A stretch of 63,573 nt of DNA, the filler included, from Actinomycetota bacterium (lineage in GTDB: Bacteria; Actinomycetota; CADDZG01; JAHWKV01; JAOPZY01): NCBI GenBank assembly GCA_025963875.1. It is 5 parts of 5 records of this genome, joined end to end, with 100 filler letters (N's around TTAATTAATTAA, not from the genome) between each part and the next. Parts side by side here need not be neighbours in the genome. Positions count along the whole stretch, not along the records: positions 1 to 6,636 come from JAOPZY010000157.1; positions 6,737 to 33,753 come from JAOPZY010000207.1; 3 more parts are not named here. One strand, given 5' to 3'. Below are positions 1 to 10,351 of the stretch, in pieces (the first letter of the stretch is position 1; the number at the start of each line of letters is the position of its first letter). The position numbers and the translations under genes are program-made. The notes under the pieces were generated by a model. The model made no database searches, was not told the origin of the DNA, and saw only the letters and a program-made list of their open reading frames with translations.

Positions 1-961
1 CGTGGTGGGTCGCCTGGGCGACTGCCTGCCGCATGAGCGCGGCGGTCCCGATCACACAATCCAGCCGGGTGGAGTTGACCATCTCGAGGATCGTCTGAAT
101 GCCGCGGCCCTCCTCGCCCAGCATCCACGCCAGCGCCCCGGTGAGCTCGATCTCGGCCGAGGCGTTGGAGCGGTTGCCCAGCTTGTCCTTCAGCCGCTGC
201 AGGTGGAACGCGTTGACGCTCCCGTCGGGAGTCACCCGGGGCAGCAGGAAGCACGAGAGGCCCGACGGCGCCTGGGCGAGCACGAGAAACGCGTCGGACA
301 TCGGGGCGGAGCAGAACCACTTGTGGCCGGTCAGCCGGTACTCCCCGCCCGGACCGCCGGCACCCGAAGGCGCGGCTGCCGTCGTGTTGGCGCGCACGTC
401 CGATCCGCCCTGCTTCTCGGTCATCGCCATGCCGCACAGAGCCCCCGCCTTGTCGCTCACCAGGCGGAGCCCGGGTTCGTAGGTTCGCGACCCGAGCGCC
501 GGGACCCAACGCTCGGCCAGTTCGGGCTGGACTCGAAGGGCCGGGACGGACGCGTAGGTCATCGAGATCGGGCAGCCGACGCCGGCGTCGACCTGCGACC
601 AGAGGTAGAAGGCAGCGGCCCGGGCCACGTGGCCCCCGGCCTGCGGCTCGACCCAGGGGGTGGCGTGCATGCCCTCGCCGACCGCCACATCGAGCAGGCG
701 ATGCCAGGCAGGGTGGAACTCGACGGTGTCGATCCGGCGGCCAAACCGGTCGTGCGTGCGGAGCACCGGGGGATGGGCGTTGGCATCGAACCCCCAGGCG
801 ATCGCGTCGGGCGTTCCCGCGAGCCGCCCGATCTCGCTCAGGCGGTCGGCGGCCCAGCCGCCCCCTTCCCGCGCCAGCCCCTCTCGGAGGGCCAGATCGG
901 ACTCGAAGAGGTTGTAGCCCTCGAGGGGAGGCGACTGGTTTGGCACCTCGTCGGTCGGCAT
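1..961 (-). CDS. AidB-like acyl-CoA dehydrogenase (3' end runs off the window)
   Basis: Not in the ORF track; read manually on the minus strand: MPTDEVPNQSPPLEGYNLF...THDRFGRRIDTVEFHPAWH...GMAMTEKQGGSDVRANTT...GHKWFCSAP...RLKDKLGNRSNASAEIE, all typical AidB/ACAD motifs. Confidence 0.9.
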   Translation of the reverse strand, partial: MPTDEVPNQSPPLEGYNLFESDLALREGLAREGGGWAADRLSEIGRLAGTPDAIAWGFDANAHPPVLRTHDRFGRRIDTVEFHPAWHRLLDVAVGEGMHATPWVEPQAGGHVARAAAFYLWSQVDAGVGCPISMTYASVPALRVQPELAERWVPALGSRTYEPGLRLVSDKAGALCGMAMTEKQGGSDVRANTTAAAPSGAGGPGGEYRLTGHKWFCSAPMSDAFLVLAQAPSGLSCFLLPRVTPDGSVNAFHLQRLKDKLGNRSNASAEIELTGALAWMLGEEGRGIQTILEMVNSTRLDCVIGTAALMRQAVAQATHH

Positions 962-995
962 GACGGTCAACGACAGTATGGCCGGGTGGGACGCC

Positions 996-2369
996 TCACG
1001 AGGCCCGCAGGCGCACCACCGCGTCCACACCCCGCCTGCCCACCCGGGAACGGAGTTGGGCCTCGCCGCCGCTCAGGCCGGCAAGCTGACGGACAATCGA
1101 GAGGCCCAGACCGGATCCGCCGTCGCGGCTCCCGCCACCACGCCAGAAGCGTTCGAACGCCCGGGCCAGCTCCTCGCCGCTCAGACCCGGACCCTCGTCG
1201 AGCACGTGGACCTCGACCCACGGACCCTGACGCTCGGTCTGGACCGTCACGATCGCGCCGGGGTGGGACACCTCGAGGGCGTTCGCGAGGTAGTTGTCCA
1301 GGATCTGGTCGACGTGGCCGGGCACCGCCTCCGCGAGCTGGATGCCCGTGGCCGACAGCGCCAGGTCGACCTCCCGCTCCTCGGCGAGCGCGGTCCAGGC
1401 GGCGACACGTTCGCGGACCGCGGCATTGACGTCCAGCGACTCGCGCTCCGGCCCACCGCCTCCGGAGCGCGCCAGGAGCAGCAGCCCGTCCACGATGTGC
1501 GCCAGGCGCTGCGTCTCCCCGATCGCCGCCTCCAGGTCGTCAAGACCTCGGCGCCGGGAGAGCGCCGGCTCCAGGTTCTCCAGCCGGAGCCGCAGGGCGG
1601 TGAGCGGGCTGCGCAGCTCGTGGGAGGCATGCGAGGCAAACTCCGACTGGGACGTCACCAGCTCCTCAAGCCTGGATGCCATCTGGTTGAAGGCGTCCGA
1701 GAGCGACCGCAGCTCAGGCGGGCCCTTCGGCACCCCGGCCCGGGCGGAGAGGTCGCCGGCGGCGAGCCGCCCGGCCACGCCTTCGAGGGATCGCAGCGGG
1801 CGCGTGGTCGAGCGAGCCAGCTTCCACCCGACGACGAAGACCGCCGCGAGCACCACCGCCCCCACCCCCACCAGAAGCACCCAGACCCGATGCGTCTGGC
1901 TGACCAGGGCTGCCGCGGAGTAGGTGATGCGGACGGCACCGTGCACCTGGCCCCCCGAGGCAACCGGAGCCGATGCGTAGGCCAGGTCGTAGCCGAGCGT
2001 AGCCGAGTAGCGGACACCCGCCGGCGACGCTCCTGCGAGGGCCTGGCGGATCTCCGGCCGGTTGGAGAAGTCCTCGGGGGCACCCGACGGGTGGCCCGAG
2101 TCGAACAGCGTGGTGCCGGCGCTGTCCACCACGACGACTCGCCCGCCGACCTGGCGGGCGTAGTCCCCGGCGGGACCGGCGATCGCAGCAGTCTGGCGCT
2201 GCTTGACCGTGTCCTCAACGATCGTCGCGAGGACGGTCGCGTCATGTCCCACCCCGCTGAGCAGGTTGTGCTCGGCGTTGTTGGTGAGCGAGAAGCCCAG
2301 AGGGATCTCCAGCACCAGGAGTACGAAACCGGTGAGCAGAAGGTAGGAGAGGAGGAGCCTGCGGGTCAT
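996..2369 (-). CDS. Membrane sensor histidine kinase (HAMP-HisKA-HATPase)
   Basis: Two TM segments, H-box SHELRSPLT, N-box NYLANAL, DEGPG and GSGLGLSIV. Confidence 0.95.
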   Translation of the reverse strand: MTRRLLLSYLLLTGFVLLVLEIPLGFSLTNNAEHNLLSGVGHDATVLATIVEDTVKQRQTAAIAGPAGDYARQVGGRVVVVDSAGTTLFDSGHPSGAPEDFSNRPEIRQALAGASPAGVRYSATLGYDLAYASAPVASGGQVHGAVRITYSAAALVSQTHRVWVLLVGVGAVVLAAVFVVGWKLARSTTRPLRSLEGVAGRLAAGDLSARAGVPKGPPELRSLSDAFNQMASRLEELVTSQSEFASHASHELRSPLTALRLRLENLEPALSRRRGLDDLEAAIGETQRLAHIVDGLLLLARSGGGGPERESLDVNAAVRERVAAWTALAEEREVDLALSATGIQLAEAVPGHVDQILDNYLANALEVSHPGAIVTVQTERQGPWVEVHVLDEGPGLSGEELARAFERFWRGGGSRDGGSGLGLSIVRQLAGLSGGEAQLRSRVGRRGVDAVVRLRAS

Positions 2370-3034
2370 CAGCCGCCGTTGGGGGAGCCGAGCCGGAAGC
2401 CGACGGCCCGGACCGTCTCGATCCAGCGGGGGTCACCGAGCTTCTTGCGCAACGAGGCGACATGGACGTCGAGCGTCTTGCTCGGGCCGTACCAATGCGA
2501 ATCCCAGACCTCCTCCATGATCCGCGTCCTCGGAAGCGCCGCCCCCGCTTCGTCCATGAGAAGGGCCAGCAGGTCGAACTCCCGGGGGGTGAGCGGCAGC
2601 TCCCGGCCCGCCCGGCTCGCCCGGCGGGAGCGCCGGTCCAGCTCGAGATCCGCCACCCTGAGCACGGCGCGGTGCTCGAGAGGGGCGCCGGTGCGACGAG
2701 TGACCGCTCGGATACGGGCGACCAGCTCCCGGAATCCGAAGGGCTTGACGATGTAGTCGTCGGCCCCCAGCTCGAGGCCGATCACGCGGTCCACCTCCTC
2801 GCCGCGGGCGCTCACCATGATGATCGGCACCTGGGACCGAGCCCGCAACCGCCGGCAGACCTCGTACCCGTCGATATCGGGCAGCCGCAGGTCGAGGATC
2901 ACCACGTCGGCCGCCGGGGCCTCCAGCGCGTCCAGGCCGTTCGCAGCGCGGATCACCTCGAAGCCCTCGCGCTCCAACCCCTTCGCCAGGGGCTCCGCAA
3001 TGCCCACGTCGTCTTCCACCAGGAGGATCTTCAC
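2369..3034 (-). CDS. OmpR/PhoB-family response regulator
   Basis: ILLVEDD, LDLRLPDIDG, GADDYIVKPF, winged-helix end IETVRAVGFR; overlaps the kinase start. Confidence 0.95.
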   Translation of the reverse strand: MKILLVEDDVGIAEPLAKGLEREGFEVIRAANGLDALEAPAADVVILDLRLPDIDGYEVCRRLRARSQVPIIMVSARGEEVDRVIGLELGADDYIVKPFGFRELVARIRAVTRRTGAPLEHRAVLRVADLELDRRSRRASRAGRELPLTPREFDLLALLMDEAGAALPRTRIMEEVWDSHWYGPSKTLDVHVASLRKKLGDPRWIETVRAVGFRLGSPNGG

Positions 3035-3150
3035 GTGCCATTGTGCGCTGCGCGAATCCCGTGTCCGGGGGTCAGGCTTTTGTACTTAGCCCGATATGAG
3101 GCGTAACTGTCCCCCAATTGTCCGGGGTGGATGGCAAAGGTTGGCCAGCA

Positions 3151-3168
3151 CTTAACCAAACCTTTACC
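3151..3168. promoter_or_regulatory. Putative OmpR-type direct-repeat operator
   Basis: CTTAACC and CTTTACC with 11-bp period, in the divergent region between the regulator and the ApbE operon. Confidence 0.45.
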
Positions 3169-3269
3169 GATTGCGTACCGGCCCCTTGCAGGCCGCTCTC
3201 CACACTGGTCCTACCGATCCCAACTCTCTGAAGCCCGCTGAACTCCCCAGAAGCAAGACGGAGGTAACC

Positions 3270-3845
3270 ATGAATCGAAGGTCGGCACTGGCGGCGGTGG
3301 GAGCTGTCGCTGTGACGCTCTCGGCCGCGACCGGTGCGATTGCCGCCAACACAGGCCTGCTCGGAACGGCATCCTCGCCCGGCGCCGTGGGCCAGCTCAG
3401 CCCCATCTCCGGTCCGCAGACCTCCGCAACGACCACGGTGACACTCAGGACCCCGACGCCCTTGGTCGACCCGCTGGCGGCCGCGACGCCTCTCGTCGAC
3501 CCGCTCGGGACATCCGGTGCCCAGCCGTACGCAGCACGGCCCCGCCAGCCGGCCGCCACGGCCGCCCCCGCGAAGACAGCGACGGCGACCGCCGCCCAGG
3601 TGGGACCGGCGCCTGCAGCGACTCCAGTAAGCCAGGCGACCAGCCAGCCGGTGCCCAGTCCCCTGCCGGTGCCCTCGCACCCCGGACCCACGCCGTCCCC
3701 GGTGCCGACCCCCACGACCGCAAAACCCAGCCCCAGCCCCACCCCGACACCTACCCCGACCCCGACGGCGACGCCCTGGAGCGGCCACCACCCAAGCCCG
3801 TCCCCGAGCCCTTCCCCGACCCCGAGCCCGACCAGCGATGACTGA
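3270..3845 (+). CDS. Exported Pro/Thr/Ala-rich hypothetical protein
   Basis: GGAGG RBS at 3260, signal-like MNRRSALAAVGAVAVTLSAA, PT/PS repeats. Confidence 0.7.
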   Translation: MNRRSALAAVGAVAVTLSAATGAIAANTGLLGTASSPGAVGQLSPISGPQTSATTTVTLRTPTPLVDPLAAATPLVDPLGTSGAQPYAARPRQPAATAAPAKTATATAAQVGPAPAATPVSQATSQPVPSPLPVPSHPGPTPSPVPTPTTAKPSPSPTPTPTPTPTATPWSGHHPSPSPSPSPTPSPTSDD

Positions 3846-4440
3846 TCGCGCCAGGATCGGCGTCCGGCGCCGGCGGCCGGCCCTGGGAGCCCGCTTTCTC
3901 GCCGCAGGGATGAGCGCGGCCGCGACCCTCAACCTGGTGACCTGGTTCTCAATCCGTGACCGGGCAGCCGCCCAGAAAGTGCCCGAGCCGTCGCCGACCA
4001 ACGGTGAGACGACGAGCGGCCCATCCTCCACGCCCGCGCCGCAACCCACCTACGCGTACCTTCCGCGTGCGGTCCAGAGCCCGGCAGGAATGCCGGCCGC
4101 GACCCCCACCGCACGACCCAGGACCACGACGACCGGCTCAAGCTCTGTCCCCATGCAGACCTCAGCCGGCTCCGTGGCACCCCGCCCCGCGGCCGCCCAC
4201 CCGGCCGCGGTGGCGGGCACCTCCTCCTCGGCCGGAGTCCCCGCCACGGCCCCGTCGACGCCGGCGTCCACCGCCCCCACGTCCAAAGCCGCGCCGGCTC
4301 CCACGACCGCGCCTGTCCCGGCCCCCGCCACGGTTCCGACAACGGCCCCGGTGCCGGCCCCCACCACGGCTCCTGCTCCTACTCCTGCTCCCTCGCCCTC
4401 TGCGTCGCCGACACCGGTGACCGTCACGCACCACAGCTGA
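3838..4440 (+). CDS. Pro/Thr/Ala-rich membrane-anchored hypothetical protein
   Basis: Overlaps the previous stop; Arg-rich N-terminus, hydrophobic stretch, low-complexity tail. Confidence 0.65.
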   Translation: MTDRARIGVRRRRPALGARFLAAGMSAAATLNLVTWFSIRDRAAAQKVPEPSPTNGETTSGPSSTPAPQPTYAYLPRAVQSPAGMPAATPTARPRTTTTGSSSVPMQTSAGSVAPRPAAAHPAAVAGTSSSAGVPATAPSTPASTAPTSKAAPAPTTAPVPAPATVPTTAPVPAPTTAPAPTPAPSPSASPTPVTVTHHS

Positions 4441-4444
4441 TCGG

Positions 4445-5356
4445 GTGGAAGCCACACGGGAGCTGCTCTTCGCAGCAATGGGGACCGAGGTCCACCTCGT
4501 CGCTGTCGGTGCCCATCCGGATGTGCTGGAGCTCGGACGCCGGCACATCCACGAGCTCGAGGCGCTCTGGAGCCGGTTCCGTGAGGACAGCGAGATCTCC
4601 CGGCTCAACAGCGCGGCCCCGCGGCCGGTCCGGGTCTCCCCCGAGACGATCGAGCTCGTTCGGCGCTCCCTCGAGGGATGGCGGGCCACCTCGGGGGCCT
4701 TCGACCCGACGATCCTGGGCGACCTGGTCGCCCTCGGCTACCACAGCAGCTTCGAACGGCTCGAGGAGGAGTCGCCCCCTCCCCCGTTCCCGCGCCGCCG
4801 AGGAGGCGCGGCGGGTGTCGTTGTGGACCAGCGCAACCAGACCGTCCGTCTTCCGGAAGGCGCGGCAATCGACCCTGGGGGTATCGGCAAGGGCCTTGCC
4901 GCCGACATCGTGGCCGAGAAGATGCTTGAGGCGGGGGCCCGGGGGGTGTGCGTGAACGTCGGTGGCGACCTGAGGGTCGCAGGTCGTCCGCCGACCCCCG
5001 CCGGTTGGACGGTCGGTGTCGACGACCCCTTCGGCGGCCCCCCGTTGACGACCCTCTCCCTGCAGGAGGGCGCGATCGCCACCAGCTCGCGGCTCGGGCG
5101 GACCTGGATGCGCTCGGGGGTCCTCCGCCACCATCTCCTTGAGCCGGCGACCGGGCAGCCGGCCAGCACGCGCCTGGCTGCGGTGACGGTGGTGGCCGGG
5201 AGGGGCTGGTGGGCGGAGGTCCTCGCCAAGGCCATCTTCCTGGCAGGCCCCAGCGGGGGAGTTGCCCTGTTGGAGCAGGCGGGGGCCACCGGGCTGCTGC
5301 TCGACGACAACCGGCGGCTGATCGCCGCCCCGGGCATGGAGGCATTCCTGCGATGA
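4445..5356 (+). CDS. apbE: FAD:protein FMN transferase (ApbE family)
   Basis: AMGT, SRFREDSEISRLN, GAFDPT, DPGGIGKGLAAD, VNVGGDL, IATSS, HHLLEPATG. Confidence 0.93.
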   Translation: MEATRELLFAAMGTEVHLVAVGAHPDVLELGRRHIHELEALWSRFREDSEISRLNSAAPRPVRVSPETIELVRRSLEGWRATSGAFDPTILGDLVALGYHSSFERLEEESPPPPFPRRRGGAAGVVVDQRNQTVRLPEGAAIDPGGIGKGLAADIVAEKMLEAGARGVCVNVGGDLRVAGRPPTPAGWTVGVDDPFGGPPLTTLSLQEGAIATSSRLGRTWMRSGVLRHHLLEPATGQPASTRLAAVTVVAGRGWWAEVLAKAIFLAGPSGGVALLEQAGATGLLLDDNRRLIAAPGMEAFLR

Positions 5357-5925
5357 ACCCCAAGGTCTGGTGGTATCTGGCCCGGGGGGCCGGCATGACG
5401 TCATGGGCGCTCGCTGCGGTGACGCTGATCTGCGGCCTTCTCCTGTCGACCCGCTTCTTCACCAAATGGCCCCGGCCGGCCTGGACCCTCGATATCCACC
5501 GGACGCTCGGTGGCCTGACCGTGGCCTTCGTCGGTGTCCACCTGGTGGGCCTCTTCGCCGATGGCTACGTCCACTTTGGCCCCGCCCAGCTCTTCATCCC
5601 TCTCGCCTCCACGTGGCGCCCGGGCGCTGTGGCGTGGGGCATCGTCGCCCTGTACCTGCTCATCGCCGTCGAAGTGACGTCGCTGTTGCGCCGGCACATG
5701 CGGGCGTCGTGGTGGCGCCGGCTGCACGTGGCCAGCATCGCGGTGTTCCCGCTGGGCACGATCCATGCCTTGACGGCGGGGACCGACGCAGGCCCCCTCT
5801 TCCGTAAGGTTGTCGTCGGGGTGACCGCCCTCGTGGTGTTCCTCTGGGCGCTCCGGCTCATCGCGCCCAGATGGTCCGCTGGGCGTGCCCAGGTACCGCC
5901 CCTCACGAAGGTACCTGCGGCTTGA
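5353..5925 (+). CDS. Ferric reductase-like transmembrane (heme b) protein
   Basis: WYLARGAG, paired His in TM helices (HRTL...GVH; LH...TIH), WRRLH, AGTD; ATGA overlap with apbE. Confidence 0.85.
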   Translation: MNPKVWWYLARGAGMTSWALAAVTLICGLLLSTRFFTKWPRPAWTLDIHRTLGGLTVAFVGVHLVGLFADGYVHFGPAQLFIPLASTWRPGAVAWGIVALYLLIAVEVTSLLRRHMRASWWRRLHVASIAVFPLGTIHALTAGTDAGPLFRKVVVGVTALVVFLWALRLIAPRWSAGRAQVPPLTKVPAA

Positions 5926-6636
5926 AAACGATTACCGGCCGCCCGGTGAGCTCGCCAGCACGTCCGTTCCGGCGCCTGCTCGCCCACATCCATTCCCCGG
6001 GAGCGGAGCGGGGGGCCTGGCAGAGCCTGGCCGAGCACCGCACCCGTTACGCAGCACCCCCGATGCCCAGGGGCAGGCCTTGGGCCGAGCTCATCGACGT
6101 CGTCGACCGCGCCGGCCTCAGGGGCCGTGGCGGGGCGGGGTTCCCGACCGCCGTGAAGATGCGGACGGTGGCCAAGGGCCGGGGCAGGGCGGTCGTGCTC
6201 GCCAATGGGACCGAGGGCGAGCCCGCCAGCTACAAGGACAAGCTCCTGCTCACCCACCAGCCCCACCTGGTCCTCGACGGCGCCCTGCTCGCCGCCGCAG
6301 CGGTGGGGGCCGACCGGGTGGTGATCGGCGTCGAGGAGGCGGCCCCCGAGGCGCTGGGGGCGCTGCGCCGTGCCCTGGCCGAGCGGGCGTCCTCGGAGCC
6401 CGCGGGGATCCCGGTCGAGGTGGTGGCCACGCCCGCCGGCTACGTCAGCGGCGAGGAGAGCGCCCTGGTGAGCTTCGTCAACGGCGGCCCGGCCCTGCCG
6501 ACGACGGCCCCCCGGCCCTTCGAGAGGGGGGTGGGGAGGCGGCCGACGCTGGTCCAGAACGTCGAGACGCTGGCGCACCTGGCCCAGATCGCCCGCAACG
6601 GCGCCGGGTGGTTCCGCCAGTCGGGGAGCCCCGAGG
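5922..6636 (+). CDS. NuoF-like (complex I 51-kDa type) flavoprotein, truncated by contig end
   Basis: GLRGRGGAGFPT, ANGTEGEPASYKD, YVSGEESAL, PTLVQNVETLA; start either TTG 5922 or GTG 5946. Confidence 0.88.
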
Positions 6637-6736
6637 NNNNNNNNNNNNNNNNNNNNNNNNNNNNNNNNNNNNNNNNNNNNTTAATTAATTAANNNNNNNN
6701 NNNNNNNNNNNNNNNNNNNNNNNNNNNNNNNNNNNN
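6637..6736. other. Artificial contig spacer
   Basis: N-run, TTAATTAATTAA, N-run; 100 bp. Confidence 0.99.
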
Positions 6737-7793
6737 GGAGGTCGGGCGGCTGCTCGGCACGCACCTCGCCGGGATGGCCCGTTACGAGAGCGATGACACG
6801 CTGACTGTCTTGGCTACCTGGGCCGCCGAAGGCGAGCACCCATTGGTTCCGGGTCCGTGGCCGCTCGAAGGGGGGGATCTGGCATCGACGATCTGGAGGA
6901 CAGGCCGACCCGTTCGGATAGACGACTACCACGGTGTTCCCGGGCGCATCGCCGCGTTCGTTCGAGAAGAGCTCGGGATCGGCTCCTCGGTGGGCAGCCC
7001 GATCGTCGTCGCGGGGCGGTTGTGGGGCGCTCTGTTCGTCCACTCGAAGCAGACCCGCCAGCCGCTGCCCATGGACACCGAATCGCGTCTCACAGGCTTC
7101 ACAGAGCTCGTCGCCACGGCGATCGCGAACGCCGAGAGCCGCGCCGAACTGAAGGCCTCACGGGCGCGGATCGTCGCCGCCGCCGATGAGACGCGGAGGC
7201 GGCTTGAGCGCGATCTGCACGACGGCATCCAGCAGCGGCTGGTTTCGCTCCAGCTGGAGCTACGCGCGGTGCAGGCGGCGGTGCCGCCGGAGCTCGGCGA
7301 GCTCGAGCGCGACCTGTCGCGCGTCGCCGAGGGGCTGGCGTGCGTCTTCGACGAGCTGCGGGAGATCTCCCGCGGGATTCATCCCGCGATCTTGTCCGAG
7401 GGGGGCCTGGGGCCGGCGCTGAGATCGCTGCGCCGGCGTTCGGCGGTACCGGTCGAGCTCGACCTGCAAGCCGAGGTCCGTCTGCCAGAGCGAGTCGAGG
7501 TCGCGGCGTACTACGTGGTGTCGGAAGCGTTGACCAACGCCGCCAAGCACGCGCACGCATCCGTCGTGAACGTCGAACTCGACACACACGACGCGATCTT
7601 GCAGCTTGCGATCCGCGACGACGGGCTCGGGGGAGCCGACCTCAGCCGCGGGTCGGGACTGCTCGGACTCAGCGATCGCATCGAGGCGCTCGGCGGCACG
7701 CTCGAAGTCAGCAGTCCCACCGGCAGCGGAACCACACTGCTCATCGAGCTTCCGCTCGAAGGCCAGAGCAGCGCAGTGGCGTCAGAGCCGTAG
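6737..7793 (+). CDS. GAF-domain sensor histidine kinase (HisKA_3), 5' truncated
   Basis: GAF (PIVVAGRLWG), ERDLHDGIQQRL, EALTNAAKHA, DDGLGG, GSGLLG. Confidence 0.92.
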
Positions 7794-8443
7794 AGGCGGT
7801 TCCATCTCCCGCCATGCATCGCAGCTCGACGATCCTGACGTCAACGCCCACGCTGAGCAATCGTGGCTGCCTGCCCTACAACTTCTCCTCAGGTGCCTGC
7901 GGGGTGGCTGCCGCTCACGGATGCTGGTAAGGCAAGCTGTTCAACAGCAATGAGTTGGCCTCAGCGCGGCACTCGCTGCGGGGCGAGAAGGACGGGCTGT
8001 GGGTGCCGGGGAGCCCAGTAGGCGCAGGCGAGAGCGGTCGTGATGGCTCTTATTAGCGTCGTCTCTCCACCCGTGGGTCCCAATCCCACAACCATCGGAC
8101 CGGGTCGCCAAGGGACTGATCCCGTTCGGTAGGAACCTGGTCGAGCTTGGCCGGCTCAAGTCAGACGGCGGGCGCTCGATACTTCTCATCGGGAGGCGTG
8201 ATTCGAATCGTCCAGAGCCTTCGTTCGGGGATAGAGGGCCATGGGCAGCGTTGAGCACCTCAGCGAGTACCGCCGCCGGGAGGCGGGCGGCAAGGTGCAG
8301 GAGGGCAGCCCTTCGGCCAGCCCCGAGCGTCGCGCCTCGATGAACGATGCGGTCGCGATCAATCGGGGACGGATCGCGCCGACTGTTAACTCAGTCAAAC
8401 GAAGCGCTAGGGAATCGTGCCCAGCGCCCGTCTCCCATCGGGG

Positions 8444-9070
8444 TTATCGCAACCGAGCGGAACGAGCGGCCTGGAGGCGAGTGGGTATCTCGGCGTTCAC
8501 CTCTTGTGCGAGCTCACACGGGCTGTCGAACGGGTCGAGCGGGGCGATCTGTGTGGCGAGTAATCGAACCAGGGCGCGGAAGGTCTCGCGTGCATCTTCG
8601 TCGAGCGGAGCGAGTAGGTGGGCTTCTGCCGCCCCGAGGCGGTCATTGAGGGTCGCGAGGAGCTCGGCACCGAGTCGTGTGGCGACGACTCGGCGAGCTC
8701 GCCGGTCGGCTGGATCGGGGCGGCGCTCGATCAGGTTCGCCCCTTCGAGGTCATCGAGGAGGTACGTCATGACCGTACGGTCGAGTCCGAGATGCTGGGC
8801 CAAAGCGAGCTGGCTACCAACCGTGCCCTGGCCGGCGGCGGAAAGGACCTGGTAGCCCCGCGGACCGCCGGGAAGGTCAGTCAACGCGGCGCGCGCCGCC
8901 CTGACGTAGGCCCGAAAGAGCATGCCCAGGCCCCATCCGAGGTCGTCTGCCAACGCGTCCTCGCAGCTCGGGGCATCGCCAACTTCGTCACGGAGACCCG
9001 GGCCGTCGTCCACGACCCCATCATACGGCCCCGGCCGATAAGTGTCGCTCCTAGGATGTTCTGTAGACAT
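8444..9070 (-). CDS. MarR-family transcriptional regulator
   Basis: SQLALAQHLGLDRTVMTYLLDDLE...RRPDPADRRAR; start uncertain. Confidence 0.88.
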   Translation of the reverse strand: MSTEHPRSDTYRPGPYDGVVDDGPGLRDEVGDAPSCEDALADDLGWGLGMLFRAYVRAARAALTDLPGGPRGYQVLSAAGQGTVGSQLALAQHLGLDRTVMTYLLDDLEGANLIERRPDPADRRARRVVATRLGAELLATLNDRLGAAEAHLLAPLDEDARETFRALVRLLATQIAPLDPFDSPCELAQEVNAEIPTRLQAARSARLR

Positions 9071-9137
9071 GATGATCTGCATGGGATATAGTCGTGAAAT
9101 ACACAGACCGGGTAATGGGACACGAACGGGAGACGAC

Positions 9138-10256
9138 ATGACCGAGAGCAATCAGGCAGGGAGGCCGACGGTGGTGGTGGTCGGTGGCGGCTACGGTGGT
9201 ATCGCCGTGGCCAAGGCGCTGGACGAGACGAGCGACGTCGTACTCGTCGAGCCGAAGGACGCCTTCATGCACAACATCGCCGCTCTTCGGGCGCTGGTGG
9301 ATCCATCCTGGCTCCCGAGGATCTTCCTGCCCTACGACGGGCTGCTCACCAACGGCCGAGTCGTCCGGGACCGTGCCGCGGTGGTCGACCCGCACCGGGT
9401 AGTGACGGCGTCGGGCCAGGAGATCTCCGCCGACTACGTCGTCCTGGCCACCGGGTCGAGGTACCCGTTCCCCGCCAAGACGGACCTGGTCGACGCCGAC
9501 CACGCCCAGGAGCAGGTCCGCCAAACACATCGGGCATTGGCGCAGGCAGCTCGGGTCCTGCTGGTCGGAGCGGGCCCGGTCGGCATCGAGTTGGCCGGAG
9601 AGATACGTCACGTGTGGCCGGAGAAGTCGATCGTCCTGCTCGACGTCGCCGACGAAGTTCTCGGCGGTCCGTACAAGCCCGAGCTGAAAGCCGAACTCCG
9701 ACGCCAACTGGTCGATTCCCGCGTCGAGCTGATCTTGGGCAGCCCGCTGCGTCAGGCTCCGCCGACCGAGCCGGGGGAGCTGGGAACCTTCACTGTCGCC
9801 ACCCAAGCCGGAACCGAGGTCAGTGCGGACATCTGGTTCCGCTGCTACGGCGTCGTGCCCAACAGCGACTACATCGGAGACGCACTGGTACCTGCTCGCC
9901 GCCCGGACGGATTCATCGAGGTCGGCCCCACCCTCCAGGTGGCCGGGCAGACAACCGTCTTCGCAGTCGGGGATGTCTCGACTGCCGACGCCAAGATGGC
10001 CGGCTTCGCCTCTCGTCAGGCTGCCACGGTGGCAGACAACATCAACGCCCTCGCCCAGGGACGATCCGACCTCACCCACTACGAGCCCTGGGGCGTCGCC
10101 ATCGCCGTGCCCATAGGACCCACCGGCGGAGCGGGTCAGTTCCCCGGACAGGACGATGTCGTCGGGCGCGAGACCATCGCCGAGATGAAGGGCAGAGAGC
10201 TGGGGGTCGGCCGATTGAGCGAGCTCTTCGGACTGGCGGCACTGGCGGCTCGCTGA
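9138..10256 (+). CDS. FAD-dependent pyridine nucleotide oxidoreductase (AMID/FSP1-like)
   Basis: VVVGGGYGG, VLATGS, VGAGPVGIELAGEI, VFAVGD. Confidence 0.88.
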   Translation: MTESNQAGRPTVVVVGGGYGGIAVAKALDETSDVVLVEPKDAFMHNIAALRALVDPSWLPRIFLPYDGLLTNGRVVRDRAAVVDPHRVVTASGQEISADYVVLATGSRYPFPAKTDLVDADHAQEQVRQTHRALAQAARVLLVGAGPVGIELAGEIRHVWPEKSIVLLDVADEVLGGPYKPELKAELRRQLVDSRVELILGSPLRQAPPTEPGELGTFTVATQAGTEVSADIWFRCYGVVPNSDYIGDALVPARRPDGFIEVGPTLQVAGQTTVFAVGDVSTADAKMAGFASRQAATVADNINALAQGRSDLTHYEPWGVAIAVPIGPTGGAGQFPGQDDVVGRETIAEMKGRELGVGRLSELFGLAALAAR

Positions 10257-10351
10257 CCGACCGGACAATTGCTCACCCGGTTATCAATAGCCACGCACGG
10301 AAACCCATACCGTCTCGCAGGCAACACACCTCAGGAAAGAGAGCATATGTC

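Noticed and set aside
2..1429. Long overlapping ORFs (e.g. 2..1429, 960..2756, 16860..21245, 24075..26384)
   Set aside because: Antisense or shifted-frame shadows of recognised genes, expected at high GC; no family motifs.
6637..6736. TTAATTAATTAA repeated four times within N-runs
   Set aside because: Artificial all-frame-stop linker between contigs. Apparent neighbourhoods across it, such as flagellar genes beside tnpB, carry no information.
7800..8440. Intergenic region with short ORFs, including MGSVEHLSEYRRR
   Set aside because: No recognisable domain or repeat, and the ORF runs antisense into marR.
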